From Takakia lepidozioides (taxonomy: Eukaryota > Plantae > Bryophyta): a stretch of 64,000 bases of DNA. Position 1 is the first letter of the stretch. Every line of letters starts with the position of its first letter. Under the pieces are notes generated by a model that was given only the letters and a program-made list of their open reading frames with translations, did no database searches and was not told where the DNA came from. Position numbers and translations under genes: made by a program. Location: positions 34,348,001 to 34,412,000 of the forward strand of contig CM060733.1 of assembly GCA_030704615.1 (NCBI GenBank). The letters run 5' to 3'. This document shows positions 40,681 to 52,437 of this stretch, piece by piece.

Positions 40681-43610
40681 CAGAGTGCGGAGTACACTTC
40701 CCTCAATGGTCTCTCTGCCTACCGAGACGGTACAGGCAGTGAGGGGGCGAGCATGTGAGGACCACGGGGTGCATGCATCCATGGCACACGTGGGAGGTGC
40801 TCGAGGTTCAGAGGGAGTTGGCAGCCAAGGCGGCTGTGATGGATGAGGTTGGGGATTCTTCTCGGGTTGAGGAGGTCCTCAAGGATGAGATGATGGGGCA
40901 GGATGAGGCCTTGTCATTGACTGAGCAGGCAGGGAGTACTGCTCAAGAGGTTGCAACATAGCAACCACTGGACGCGTCCTCTACCTCTAAGCCCACTGGA
41001 CTTAAGGTTGCAGTTACGGAGGACAATTGGGAGCCTGACATTGGACCCATTGTCACCGGAGGAGAGAGACGACGTATACGGCGGTTCCTGAGGGCTTACA
41101 GGAATTGCTTTGCCTTCAGTTTGAAGGACTTGGGAGCACTGAAGGGTCAAGAGATCCGTATTGAGTTGGCCACTGACACGCCAATCTTTCGGAGACCCTA
41201 TAGATACAGTGACATGGAGAGGTCTTTGATTCAGATGAGGACTCAAGATCTCTGGGAGGCAGGTTTGGTGAGCTCTCTGGTGGAGAGTATGCTTCAGCCA
41301 CAGTGATGCCAGCCAAGAAGGATGTCTATGGCAATTGGACGGAGAGACGTATGTGCGGTGATTACCGGCCTGTAAATCGTCAGACCAAGTCCGATAAGTA
41401 TGCCATGCCAACACCAGAGGAGATCTTTGATGCCATCGGGCATGCTAAGCCTTTAGCATTTGGATTTACGATCCGGATATCACCAGTTGCCAATCAAGGA
41501 GGCGGACAAGCAGAAGACGCATTCTGGGGGATCAATGAGCACGGCAAGGATTGCCTATATCAGTGGCGGTTCTTACCATTTGGGCTTAAGAATGCTCCTG
41601 CAGAGTTCAGAGAGTCATGGATAGGATTCTAGCAGGGGGTGGACTTTGCTCGGTGCTACATAGATGACATCATCATCTTTAGTGTTACGATGGAGGAGCA
41701 TGAGAGACACCTTCAGGTGGTATTGGAGCGCTTGAGAGCGCACGGATTGAAGTTGCATCCGGGGAAGTGCAAGTTTTTCCACAACCAGATTGAGTATCTG
41801 GGTCACATGATATATCCTGGAGGATTGGGGGTACAGCAGACTAAGGTAGAGGCCATTGCACAAATTCCACGCCCCACGGATGTGAGCCGAGTTCGAGCTT
41901 TCATGGGGTTGGCAAACTATTATAGACGGTTTGTCAAGGGATTTAGTACCATTGCAAAGGCTCTAACCAAGCTGACCAAGGTGGACCAGGAGTGGCAGTG
42001 GGAAGATGAGCAGGAACGAGCTTTTCAAGAGCTCAAGGCGAGGTTGACCTCGGCGCCTATCCTGAGACGACCTATCAGGGGGCGTCCCTTTCAGCTGCAT
42101 ACGGATTGGAGCATGCTGGGGCTTGGAGCGGTGCTCACACAGGTGGATGATGAGGGAAGAGAGTTTGTAGTGGCTTACACTAGCCGCTCGAACAACGCTG
42201 CAGAGGCTAAGTACAGCTCATATGAGGGAGGAGAGTGCTTAGCTGCAGTGTGGGCCGTGGCACACTTCAGGTGCTATCTATACGGCAATCTTTTCACCCT
42301 TGTCAAGATCAACCAGCCACTCAAGTGGTTGATGGAGTCAGACAAGCTTACGGGGAAGCTTGCACGGTGGGCACTCATACTCCAGGAGTATGACTTTCAG
42401 GTTGTGCATCGACCGGGTTTGGTCAATCGGGATGCGGATGGATTGAGTCGCAATCCATGCATGAGCCAGCAGGATGACACTGGAGCTCGGTGGCATGGTG
42501 AGACGGACGAGGAGATGGTGCCGGGATGGCACGCATCTGCATTTTGTGTATCTTGGCATCGGGAGGTCAGATTGGACCTACAATAGGGATGACTGTAGAC
42601 GGAGTGTCTGAGGACCCTGAGGCTAGTGATGAGCTAGTGGTGCCAGAGATATACATGAGGATTCGGCTGTGTTAGACTACCTCCGCACGGGAGACACGGC
42701 AGCCATTGTGACTGCCAGGACAGGGATCGGATCCTGCAACGAGCCAAGAGGTTCAAGTGGGAGGGGATACACCTACTTCGAGTGTGGGAGAATGGTCGGG
42801 TGAGGATTGTGCCTCACCCCACACAGCGTGCACGGTTAGTGCGGCATGCCCATGAGGAGTTGGGGCATTTTGGAGTGCGACGCACTCACAGTTTACTGCA
42901 GGGGCAGTATTGGTGGCGTGGTATGCATACAAAGGTGCAACAGTTCGTGGCTAGGTGCATGGTGTGTGACAGGGTGTGTGCTTCATTCAACGCCCCTACA
43001 CCACAGTTGCATCCTTTACCAATCATGGGATTGGGCTACAGGTGGAGTCTTGACTTCGCAGGACCGTTGCCACTGACTATGCGCCACCACAGATATGTGT
43101 TGGTGATGGTGGAGCACTTCTCCAAGTGGATTGAGTTGGTTCCATTGCCTGACAAGGCTAGTGAGGGGCTGCGTATGCATTCTTGGATCGTGTGCTTAGC
43201 CGATTTGGTGCTCCAGCTGAGGTACTCACGGACCAAGGGAGAGAGTTTTTGGGGGAGTTTCAGGCTTTGTGTGATAAAACCTTGATAGACCACCGCACCA
43301 CTTCTCGAGATCATCCTGAGGCCGATGGCTTAGCAGAGAGAGTTGTTCAGACGGTGAAGAGGGGTTTGCGCAAGTATGGCTTGCAGAAGGGACACCTAGG
43401 AGATTGGGATCTTCCGGTTCCTTGGTTAGCCATGGGCTACAGGTTCAGCAAACAAGCATCACTTGCCTCCTTCTCACCATATTTCCTTCTCTTTGGCCGA
43501 GAGCCGGATTTGCCTGCAGCCATTCGTAGGGACACTGCTCCAGTCCTTAACCTTGACGATCCGGACGTGTGGGTACGTGCATGTGATCAGCGTGCAGAGT
43601 TGTTCAAGAG

Positions 43611-43978
43611 AAGAAGAATACAAGCACAAGCTCATGCGAGCTCACAAAGCTGAAGCATAAACTCATGCATATATAACCTCATCACTCAAATACAAGTCAA
43701 GCCAAGTGCACCCCACGCCATGGGGAATCCACACTACGGCGCCATAGCTAGGCGCGGTGAGGCTCAACTCGAGAAAGATGAGCCTTCCGCGCTTGCCGTG
43801 AAGATAACCACTCCAGGGCCTAAATCTGCCTTGACCCCTGGATTGACACTTGGGCCAATCCCAAATGTCAATATGTAAAAGCTAGCTATTTTCTAGCTAG
43901 TTTCACACTAGTGGTAAAATAACTTGACAGCTGTCGTGCACATACATATCGCTACACAACTACATTGCTGTCCAAACC
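43611..43978 (-). other. Inverted captured fragment spanning the element's 3'-end/5'-end junction
   Basis: Minus strand reads the element's last ~47 bp (...CACGACA), then GC, then its first ~320 bp (TGTCAAG...); absent from copy 1. Confidence 0.9.
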
Positions 43979-44296
43979 ATGCCCATGGCTTTTGAGAACC
44001 ACCGTGATACGTTGAGGTATGCCACTATACGTGGTGGAGGATATCGTCCTTGGGTTCGGAGGTTTAGCCCTGGTGACTATGTTTATTTGCAGCAGACTGC
44101 TCCTACGACTCTGGATGTTACTGCAGGGCGTGTTATTCTGAGGGTTCGAGAGGTGTTGCCCTCAGGGGTCCTGATCTTGGAGGGTCGGGATGGCATGACT
44201 TGGAAGGACCATGTGCGTAATTGTGCGCCATGTCACCTTCCCAATATCGATGGCAGAGTTGACCCAAACTTGGCAGTGGTACCTGTAGGTTTGAGG

Positions 44297-44431
44297 TGCA
44301 TGCTTTGTGGGTCTGCCAAAGGGGCAGCCACCATGCTGGTGTGTGATCGATGCTCAACGGGTTGGCATATGGGATGTTTGACACCACCTCTTGAGAAGGT
44401 TCCTGACGGAGATTGGTTGTGTCCACACTGC
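44297..44431 (+). other. PHD finger at the integrase C-terminus, copy 2
   Basis: CMLCGSAKGAATMLVCDRCSTGWHMGCLTPPLEKVPDGDWLCPHC, canonical C4HC3. Confidence 0.92.
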
Positions 44432-44700
44432 TTGGGATAGTGGCAGTGGACATGACTGGAATCAGCTAACAAGACATGGGAGGCCAAGCTCATAGGAGTC
44501 AATACATGAGATCCCAAGCTCAAGTTCACAGGTTGCAAGACGACGACTAACGATGGGGCAACTCTTGCACCCGGCCTCTTGATCTATCGAGTTTGAGTGT
44601 AGTAGGGATAGTGGTGGAGGACTTAGTGAGGCTATGGTCACTATCACATCTTGTGGCTACCTGGAATTAGAGGGACCTAAGCACCAGCTAGGGGGGCGAT

Positions 44701-44970
44701 TGTGTGGACTAGTGACTGCCATAGTGGGCAGCATAGTGGCAGCCTAGTGACTGACTAGTTGTAGCCTAGTGGTTGGACTAGTGGCTGGACTAGTGGTGGA
44801 CTAGTGGTATACTAGTGTGTGGTGTGTACATGTGTTGTGTGGACTAGTGACTGCCATAGTGGGCAGCATAGTGGCAGCCTAGTGACTGACTAGTTGTAGC
44901 CTAGTGGTTGGACTAGTGGTTGGACTAGTGGTGGACTAGTGGTATACTAGTGTGTGGTGTGCACATGTGT
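44701..44970. repeat. 135-bp tandem duplication in the 3' terminal segment of copy 2
   Basis: TGTGTGGACTAGTGACTGCCATAG at 44701 and 44836; single in copy 1; rich in ACTAGT. Confidence 0.9.
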
Positions 44971-45462
44971 TGTGTGGTTTTGGACAGCGATGTAGTTGTG
45001 TAGCGATATGTATGCGCACGACATAAGCATAACTGCTCATGCTTACTCTCCACTCATCTTCTTTTTTCCTGATGCTTTCACTATCAATCGTGGTTGGTCA
45101 GTAGTCCTCGATCACCATTCTCTGGAACACAAAGTCCTGCTAGGCTCGTTGGAAAAATCTATTTCCATTTTCTCTGAAAAGGCTGCTTGCTTCCTGTCCT
45201 CTATTCTTGCTTGGGAGCTTCCTGTGGAGGAGCTGTTTATGCTGATTGATAACAAAAGTCAATTCTTAGAACTAGACTCTTTGAGTAAAAGAAAGAGGTC
45301 TAGGCAGATTTTTGTTTGGAAGCTACATTTGATCCTCCCTCTACCTGAGGGCTTTAAGTGGATCAACACATTGCAGCCCTCTGATAAGAAAACCAAGTTC
45401 CGCTTTGCTCCCACCTGGCCATCAAATTGCCAAGACATGGCGGGCCATATCAATGCGGTTAC

Positions 45463-48400
45463 ATGAACTTCACAATTTTTAGCTGGAACATTAGAGATAT
45501 AGGCTCTGATCACTCGGCTCCAAAAAGGGCAAGGATCAAACACTGGGCCTCAAATCTTCTCAATCGCTCCTCCGTCGTCTTTCTCCAAGAACATAAGCTT
45601 GACCCTGCTAAAATAACCTCCCTAGGGAGTTCTATCTGGCCCTCTATCTCCGCTTACTGGAACCCTACGGTTGCTGACTCAAGAGGGGGAACTGCTATTT
45701 TCGTCTCTCCTTCCTTAAGCCCAAGTATCCTGTCAAACGACATATGGGTTCAGGGTCATGTACAATCTATCATCATGAACCTGGGCCCATCTATCGGGAA
45801 GGTAGGGCTGCTAAATATCTATGCTCCAAATAACGAACTAGAACGTGTTGATCTATGGTCCTTGTTGAGGCTCAAAACTATGCAGTTGACTGACATTCAA
45901 CATTGGGTTATTGGAGATGACTTTAATATGGTTGAGACAGATGAGGATAGAGCAAGTCCTAATGATCACAACCTTTCAGCCATTGAAAGAGACTCATGGG
46001 ATTCCTTTTGCTTAGCCATTGGTCTATTGGACGCCTCCCCCCCACAAAGGGATGAGCTCAAATATACATGGTCTAACAATAGGCAGCCTCCCAACCTTGC
46101 GCTTCCTCGCCTAGATAGGTTTTACTGCTCTGCCCACCTGTTGAACTGGTCAGTCAGATCTCCTATTGTTCCTATCACCCCAGGTTTTGATCACTCTCTT
46201 GTCCAGATATCCCTTCATACCCCAGGTTCTAGAGTGAGAGGTAGAAGCTTCTTTAAGCTTAACCCTGCTCTTCTCTCTGACCCAGAGGTCGTGACCACTC
46301 TTCAAAGGGCCTGGTCCTCTGCTAACCTCCCCTTCTCCTCTCCCACTCTCCTTTTTCTCTCCAAACTCCAAATTCTAAGGAACATCTGCATAGACCTCTC
46401 CAAGAAAATGACAGAAGAGAAGTCTCAAAAAGAAAAAGCTCTCACAAAGTGCCTACACGTCTGTCAGTTCCAAATGCAGAGTGGCAGGGACGATCCACAA
46501 ACCTACATCTCCTATAAGGCTGCCAAGCAAAACCTCTCGCTGCTATTCCATGATAGAGAACAATTTATTAAAATTAAGGCTGGGGTTAATTGGTCTCTCA
46601 AGGGGGAGAAAATGTCTAAATATTTTTTTGCTAAGGCAGCTCAACATGGAGCATTCCTTCCTTACGTGATGTGTCGGGTCTGCCCTCCTCTGTCCCCAAG
46701 AAGATGTCCACCATTGTTGCTGATTTCTTCATGAAGCTCTTTGAAAAGAGACCCCAATCACCTCTGATGGAGGAAGCCAGAAGCACTTTGCTGAACAATA
46801 TCCCATGTTCGCTATCTTCTATGGATAAGGCCAAGATGGCAGAGCCTTTTTCTGAAGAAGAGTTGGGCAAAGCAGTGGATGCTTTGGCTTCTAAGAAAAG
46901 TCCCGGCCTTGATGGCCTGCCGATTGAATTCTTTAAGACCCTTTGGCCAACCATTGGGGGGGATTTCCTGCACATGGCTAATGATATTTTGCAGAAGAAG
47001 GTGATGCCCTCACAGATGTCTGAAGGTCTCATCACCCTTATCTACAAAAAAGGAGAGAGAGACAATGTGGCTAGCTACCGTCCCATCACACTTCTCAATT
47101 CTACTTACAAAATTATAGCCAAGACACTGGCTTTAAGGTTGCAACCCTTGCTACCTAGAATCATAAGAAAGGACCAGACTGATTTTCTCAAAGATCGCAT
47201 GATACTTGACAACATTTTGTTGGTACATGAGGCACTTCACAGAGCTACTCTAAATAACCAACCCCTTGCCCTCCTCATGCTAGACTTCGAGAAAGCTTTT
47301 GATTCTATAGATTGGTCCTTTCTGCTGGCAGCTTTGGATAAGTTTGGTCTTGGTGGCCATTTCTCGTCTTGGGTGAAAATTTTGCTTGAGTCTGCTTCTA
47401 GTAATGTTATAGTTAATGTAGTGATCTCCAAATCTTTCCTATTTCTAGATCAGTTAGGCAAGGGTGCCCATTGGCACCCTTCCTCTTTCTGATTGCTGCA
47501 GACTCGCTCGGGCATCTGTTTCAAGCTAGACAAGACATCATGGGCCTTCAGCTACCAACCTTTATGCCAGAAATGGTCAAACTCTCCATGTATGCTGACG
47601 ACACTACTCTTTCGCTGGACAACTCCACCCAAGACAATATTGACCGAGCTCTGCAGGCTTTGCAAATTTTTTGCTTGGGATCTGGTCTGAAAATCAATTG
47701 GAGGAAATCCATGGGCCTCCTCTCCTTGTTACAAAACCAGGCACCTACCTCGCATTGCAATTCTTGGGGACTGGACATTGGCCTGAATTGGCTTCAAGTG
47801 GGAGAGTCTCACACACTACTGGGCCATCAAATTGGTATAAACATATCCCAGCAACGTAGAATGCAGGCTGTCATTGCTAAGCTAAGGAGAACTTTGGCCC
47901 ATTGGAGCTCCTCCATGCTCTCCATTGCGGGGAGAACCCTGGTGGCCAACCAAGTGCTCCTTGCTTCCACATGGTTTTCTGCTGCTGTCTGGGACCCGGG
48001 TACCTCAATGGTGAAAGAAATAAAGGCTCTGATTTGGAATTTCATATGGGGTGCGACCACACAAGCGCCAGTGAGAATGGCCCCAATCTCTTGGGAGCAG
48101 CTGTGCCAACCCAAATCCAAAGGAGGGCTTGGGATTCTTGATCCGGTAACGCGGATAAAAACACTTTTGGCCAAATGGATACCTCAAGCCGTAGCTCATC
48201 GCCACAGCCCCTAGAGCAAACTTATTCAACCCTACCTGATGGGAGCCATGCCCTCTTCCTCTCCTCTATGGGCTCAATCATTGCACTGGATTGTTGCATT
48301 GGGACAAGAAGTGAGATGGGCTTCATAATCTACTTTCACCTGGTTTCTTTCGTGCCCCCTGGCTGCCCTGCAGTTTGACCCTGGGGAGTGGAGATGGAAG

Positions 48401-49221
48401 GACAACCAAAAATCCCCCTTCTTCTCTTATTCTGCTAAGAAGGGTTACTTGATGTTGAAACCAACCATGTCATTCCTTTCCAAGTGGACAGAAAAGTGGG
48501 GTCACTTAAATCTGGCACAGGCCAGCTGGGACCTGATATGGAAGGATATGTGGAAGAAGGAGAGAGCGGCCAAGATTTCGAGATTTTTGTGGAAGCTTGT
48601 GCATAGAGTTTTGCCCGTGAATGCTTAGACCCTTCTCAACAATACCTCCTGCAACTTGTGTAATGCTTTGCCAGAATTGATAGAGCACTGCTTGACTGGA
48701 TGTCAGTTCTCCTCTAACATCTGGGCAGCAGTGATGAGGTTCTATGCCAACTGAACATCCTTTCCATCTCCCCCCCCCCACCCTCTTTGTTGCTTCTGAA
48801 CATCTTGCCTGACCAAACTCTATGTAACTGCCCTGTCTGGACAAGTCTTAGGGCTATTACTTTGTGGAACATTTGGAAAGTTAGGTGCTCATTTGTGTAT
48901 GAGGGCAAACCCCCCAGGGGTAGGTCAAGCATTTTTTGCATATATCAAGACCTGCTTACTGAGGGGAGAAAAGAATGGGGCGTAATGTCTGCACCTATTT
49001 CCACATCTTCAGAACTGCGTGGGAGGAAGCTCCTCACTGATTTTCAACAGTCCTGGGTAAAAATGGCATTCTCGGAGCTAGTGTTTCCAACGAATGCTTT
49101 TGCTGGCAAATCTCCACTCCAACTACATGGGATGTCTCCTGGTGATGGAGACGGAGGGGACTTCAATTGGAGGCACAAGAAGGTTCGAGTGACCAAGTTT
49201 CGAACCCAATTGCGCTTCTAG
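45463..49221 (+). pseudogene. LINE ORF2 (AP endonuclease plus reverse transcriptase), frameshifted
   Basis: SWNIR, FLQEH, NIYAPN, DFN, RLDRFY, DH; KSPGLDG, YRPITLLN, LDFEKAFD, YADD, GGLGI. Confidence 0.92.
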
Positions 49222-49944
49222 ATGGCTTCCTTTCTAGAGGCTTCCTTTCTTACGATTCTAAGTGTTTTTTTTCGCACGCAGGCCCTGTTTGGGATCACCT
49301 CTTGCAGATTTGTTGTCCATCTCTGCTTGCCAGCAAGCGGTGGGGCCTTTGGTATATTTCTTTTTAGTTTTGCTGCCTCGGCCAATTGGTCATGGGACCT
49401 TTCTTCTCCCTCAGTCTGGGTCTTCAGCCTAGGGCCATTGGGTTTGCAGGCCAAATTCTCCTTTAGGCTTATCTGAAGCCTGTATCTCTGGTTGCAGGCG
49501 GTGGGGCCTTTGGTATCTTTTTTTTTTTAGATTGCAGCTTCGCCAGTTGGTTATGGGACCTTCTTCTCCTTCAGTTTGGGTCTTCAGCCTAGGGCCATTG
49601 TGTTTGCAGACTCAATTTCTCCTTTAGGCTTATCTGAAACTTGCATCTCTCGTTGCTTCCTTGACGCTGCTTACCAGCAATCTCCCTTACGCTTTGCTAC
49701 TTGTCCATCTCTCTCTCCTCTGCCCGACTTGCTTTGCTATCTGCTCTGCGTTGTTTCTTTTCATATAGCTCGTTTGCTATGGCTACGGGATGTTTCCCTT
49801 CAGTTATTAGCCTTACAGCCTCCCCGGTGGTTATTTTTTCCACCTTATGTGAACCTTATTTATTTAATTTGATTAAAAGGGCCTCTGTCCCCTTTCCAAA
49901 AAAAATAAATCTGTAGGGCTAGGTGCTACCGCGTCCTTTACTTG

Positions 49945-50076
49945 CGTAAAGAGATTGTCATTATTTTTCTTTGTATTTATTGGATCTCCCTCTACCCAAA
50001 ATCCATCTGGCCCAGGCCTGGAGATGTCGTCTGATGACATGACAATACGATAAAAAATAATGGCAATTTCTTTACG
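49945..50076. mobile_element. MITE-like foldback, 132 bp
   Basis: ~33-bp imperfect inverted repeats CGTAAAGAGATTGTCATTATTTTT / AAAAAATAATGGCAATTTCTTTACG. Confidence 0.6.
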
Positions 50077-50651
50077 TCAGGGGAAGTGGCATTTCTCGAC
50101 GTTGTTCCGCAGCGACGGTAAACTTCAGAGGCGTCGGTACACATGTTTGAATTTTGTAATGTTGCAATGTCGGTGTCAGTGATCTAATGGTGTAAGCATG
50201 TGGGTGACCGTGTCGGAGTTTGAACTTATTGCTCCGCAGTGTCCGCGACTTGGGTACATAAGCACGTGGGAGGCCAAACGTGTGGGTCCCATGATCCATC
50301 CCACTCGTGACTCGGTTTTGGGGGCGCATTACAATCCCCCCAGCGCTCTTCATTTTTCATTGTTTCCTCGCTCTCTCTCTCTTGCTCTACTTTGTCTCGT
50401 AATCTTTGAGCCTGTGTACCTCTGTTGCTTGCATTCTATTTGCTTACACAATTCTGAGCCTGTTTGGAGGAGATGGAATGTTGTTAAAAGCTCGGCTAGC
50501 CTGCACTGATATACCGCTCTTGCTGTAGCTTGATATTAGCTTCTTTCAGGAACTGAGCCTGGTTTGTCAATCCATTACTCAAACAAGTTGCACTGACATC
50601 AGGATATCTTCTACTTGGCTAGTGTATGATATATAGTTTGATCTTCCTGTG

Positions 50652-52437
50652 ATGTCACTTTCTCGGATCATATATCCTGTGCGGCAGCTCTGGCCACGGC
50701 CCGCAGCTGATAGCAACCCCTTGCCAGTGCACGATGAACCAGAGTTGGTTGTCATTCTCTTCCATGGTCTACAATTTGCCAGTGGCGGAGCAGCCTGGAT
50801 AGATACATGGAAGCAGCGTGGAACGGATGTGTGCTGGGCAGAGAAGTGGCTGCCAGAGGATCTGGGTGGCAACGTTCGAGTTCTGTCCCTCGACTACGAT
50901 GCTCACGCCACAGGCCACACTGAATCCGTGAGTGACATCGGCCAGAATCTAATCGGCAGCTTGGTTGACATGTAAGTGATCCTAATCCTAATCAATGTTT
51001 TAGATTAGATCTAATTTCCATGCTAAATAAATCTAAGCCTTCTAATGTGAATTTCTCTTCAAATGGTGACCAACTTATTCTTTCACTCCTTTCTGCTATA
51101 ATGCAATATGCTATACTATAAATGTTTGAAGTTGTGGTTAGAGCTTATCTGGCTTCTTTAGTGAAACTAAGTATGATAGACAGCAAGTGAGTGATTGTGG
51201 GCTATTGTGTGTGTGCAGGCCACAGTGGGATCTTACAACGGCACGATCCATTGTGCTGATAGGCCACAGCTTGGGAGGACTTGTAATCAAGAGCTTGGTT
51301 GTTGAAGCAGGAAGGGCCAAGGTCAGACCACCCAGAAATTCCTTGGATACACGCAAGGCAAAGTATTGCGCAGCTTTTCTCGAGAATTTACAAGGTGTGG
51401 TGTTCTACGGTGTGCCCCATACTGGAGCAGACATTGCAGCCTTTGGGAAGCTGTGCAAGAAGGGCATTTTCGGGGGTAAATTATTTGCTGGTATCCTTAA
51501 AGACTTGGACCCCTTCCAGAAAAAAATGGTGGAGCTATCTAATGATTTTATAGACACGGTTCCCGACTCTATCAACATATATGCGTTTGCAGAGGCGCTT
51601 TCCACCCAAGGGCCGGTAAGTCATATGTCTTGTATAGCTAGGAGACAGTACGTCGGAGTTGGCTGAATGCAACCATCCACCAACATTCTGTAGATGTGTA
51701 TGTGTAAGATAGTTGACTAGAAATTTCTATACGTTATCAATTGACGTACGTATAGCACATAATAGCACAGAAGACGTCATGCGTATTGACGCGTCTTCTA
51801 TGCTCTTATGTGGGCAATGGATTACATTTTGAGAATTTCTAGAAAGACCCATCGATTACTGTTGGATTTAATCTCAGGGACTAGGATGTAATTAACGACT
51901 GGGAGTTGAAACTGCATCTTTCTGAACCTTAAATCCTCTAGTTCAGATATCACTCGAGGATGTAGTTTGTACTATAGATGGTTTTCTCATGAAGAATATC
52001 CGAGGATTTTTACCCTCATGATCATGACTTGATGGATGCAGACAGTAATAGTGCCAAAGGCATCGGCTATGGAACTTGCACGCAGTCACCATTACACTGT
52101 TGAAGACGCAAACCACTTCAATGTTTCCAAGCCTGTTAATAAGCAACATCCAAGCTACCGTTTGATGCTGGAGTTCATGAAAACTGCGACATCAGACAAA
52201 ATATACTGGCCTGCTAGATCTACATCTACGTATACAGCTACGGTTCTCTTTTGGAGTGTTCACTGGAAGGTTTTGTGTATTATCGCAGTTGGAGTGATAG
52301 CTATTATCTACCTGTTGGTAACTGTACTGCTGACAAAGGTGTCTTTGGACAGAATGTCGGATATGTTCCAAACAGTTCGGCGCGAGCAGGAAAATATGAT
52401 GAACAACCAGTGGAATCAGAGGAGCAACTGGCCTTGA
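50652..52437 (+). CDS. Three-exon alpha/beta-hydrolase (PGAP1/SERAC1-like) with a C-terminal hydrophobic segment; exons 50652-50971, 51219-51615, 52042-52437 (370 aa; start uncertain)
   Basis: VILFHGL, WLPEDL, RVLSLDYDA, nucleophile elbow GHSLGG, FYGVPHTGA, DANHFNVSKP; GT-AG introns keep the frame. Confidence 0.85.

Larger units (their letters stand above)
36760..44440 (+). pseudogene. gag-pol: gag-pol polyprotein of copy 2, frameshifted, with an insertion in the integrase C-terminal region
   Basis: Same domains as copy 1 (e.g. ORFs 39234..40121, 41639..42586, 43183..43653, 43979..44440). Confidence 0.9.
32985..45023 (+). mobile_element. DNMT- and PHD-carrying Ty3/Gypsy-type element, copy 2 (no LTR direct repeats seen)
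   Basis: Same TGTCAAG...CACGACA ends; TSD TAAG at 32981-32984 and 45024-45027; the host LINE frame is restored when it is removed. Confidence 0.92.
31164..49909 (+). mobile_element. L1/Tx1-like LINE, interrupted by DNMT-Gypsy copy 2 (5' boundary uncertain)
   Basis: ORF1 pieces at 31164-32984 rejoin 45028 onward in frame (SPPAVS|ITAHAYS); ORF2 with endonuclease and RT follows; A-rich end at ~49899-49909. Confidence 0.85.

Noticed and set aside
43611-43929. Inverted terminal copy suggesting a DIRS-like element or auto-integration
   Set aside because: No tyrosine recombinase is present, copy 1 lacks the segment, and the ends are joined to each other rather than to internal target DNA.
30457-49926. 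GCTAGGTGC as the LINE target-site duplication
   Set aside because: Only 9 bp and not flush with the A-rich tail; could be chance.
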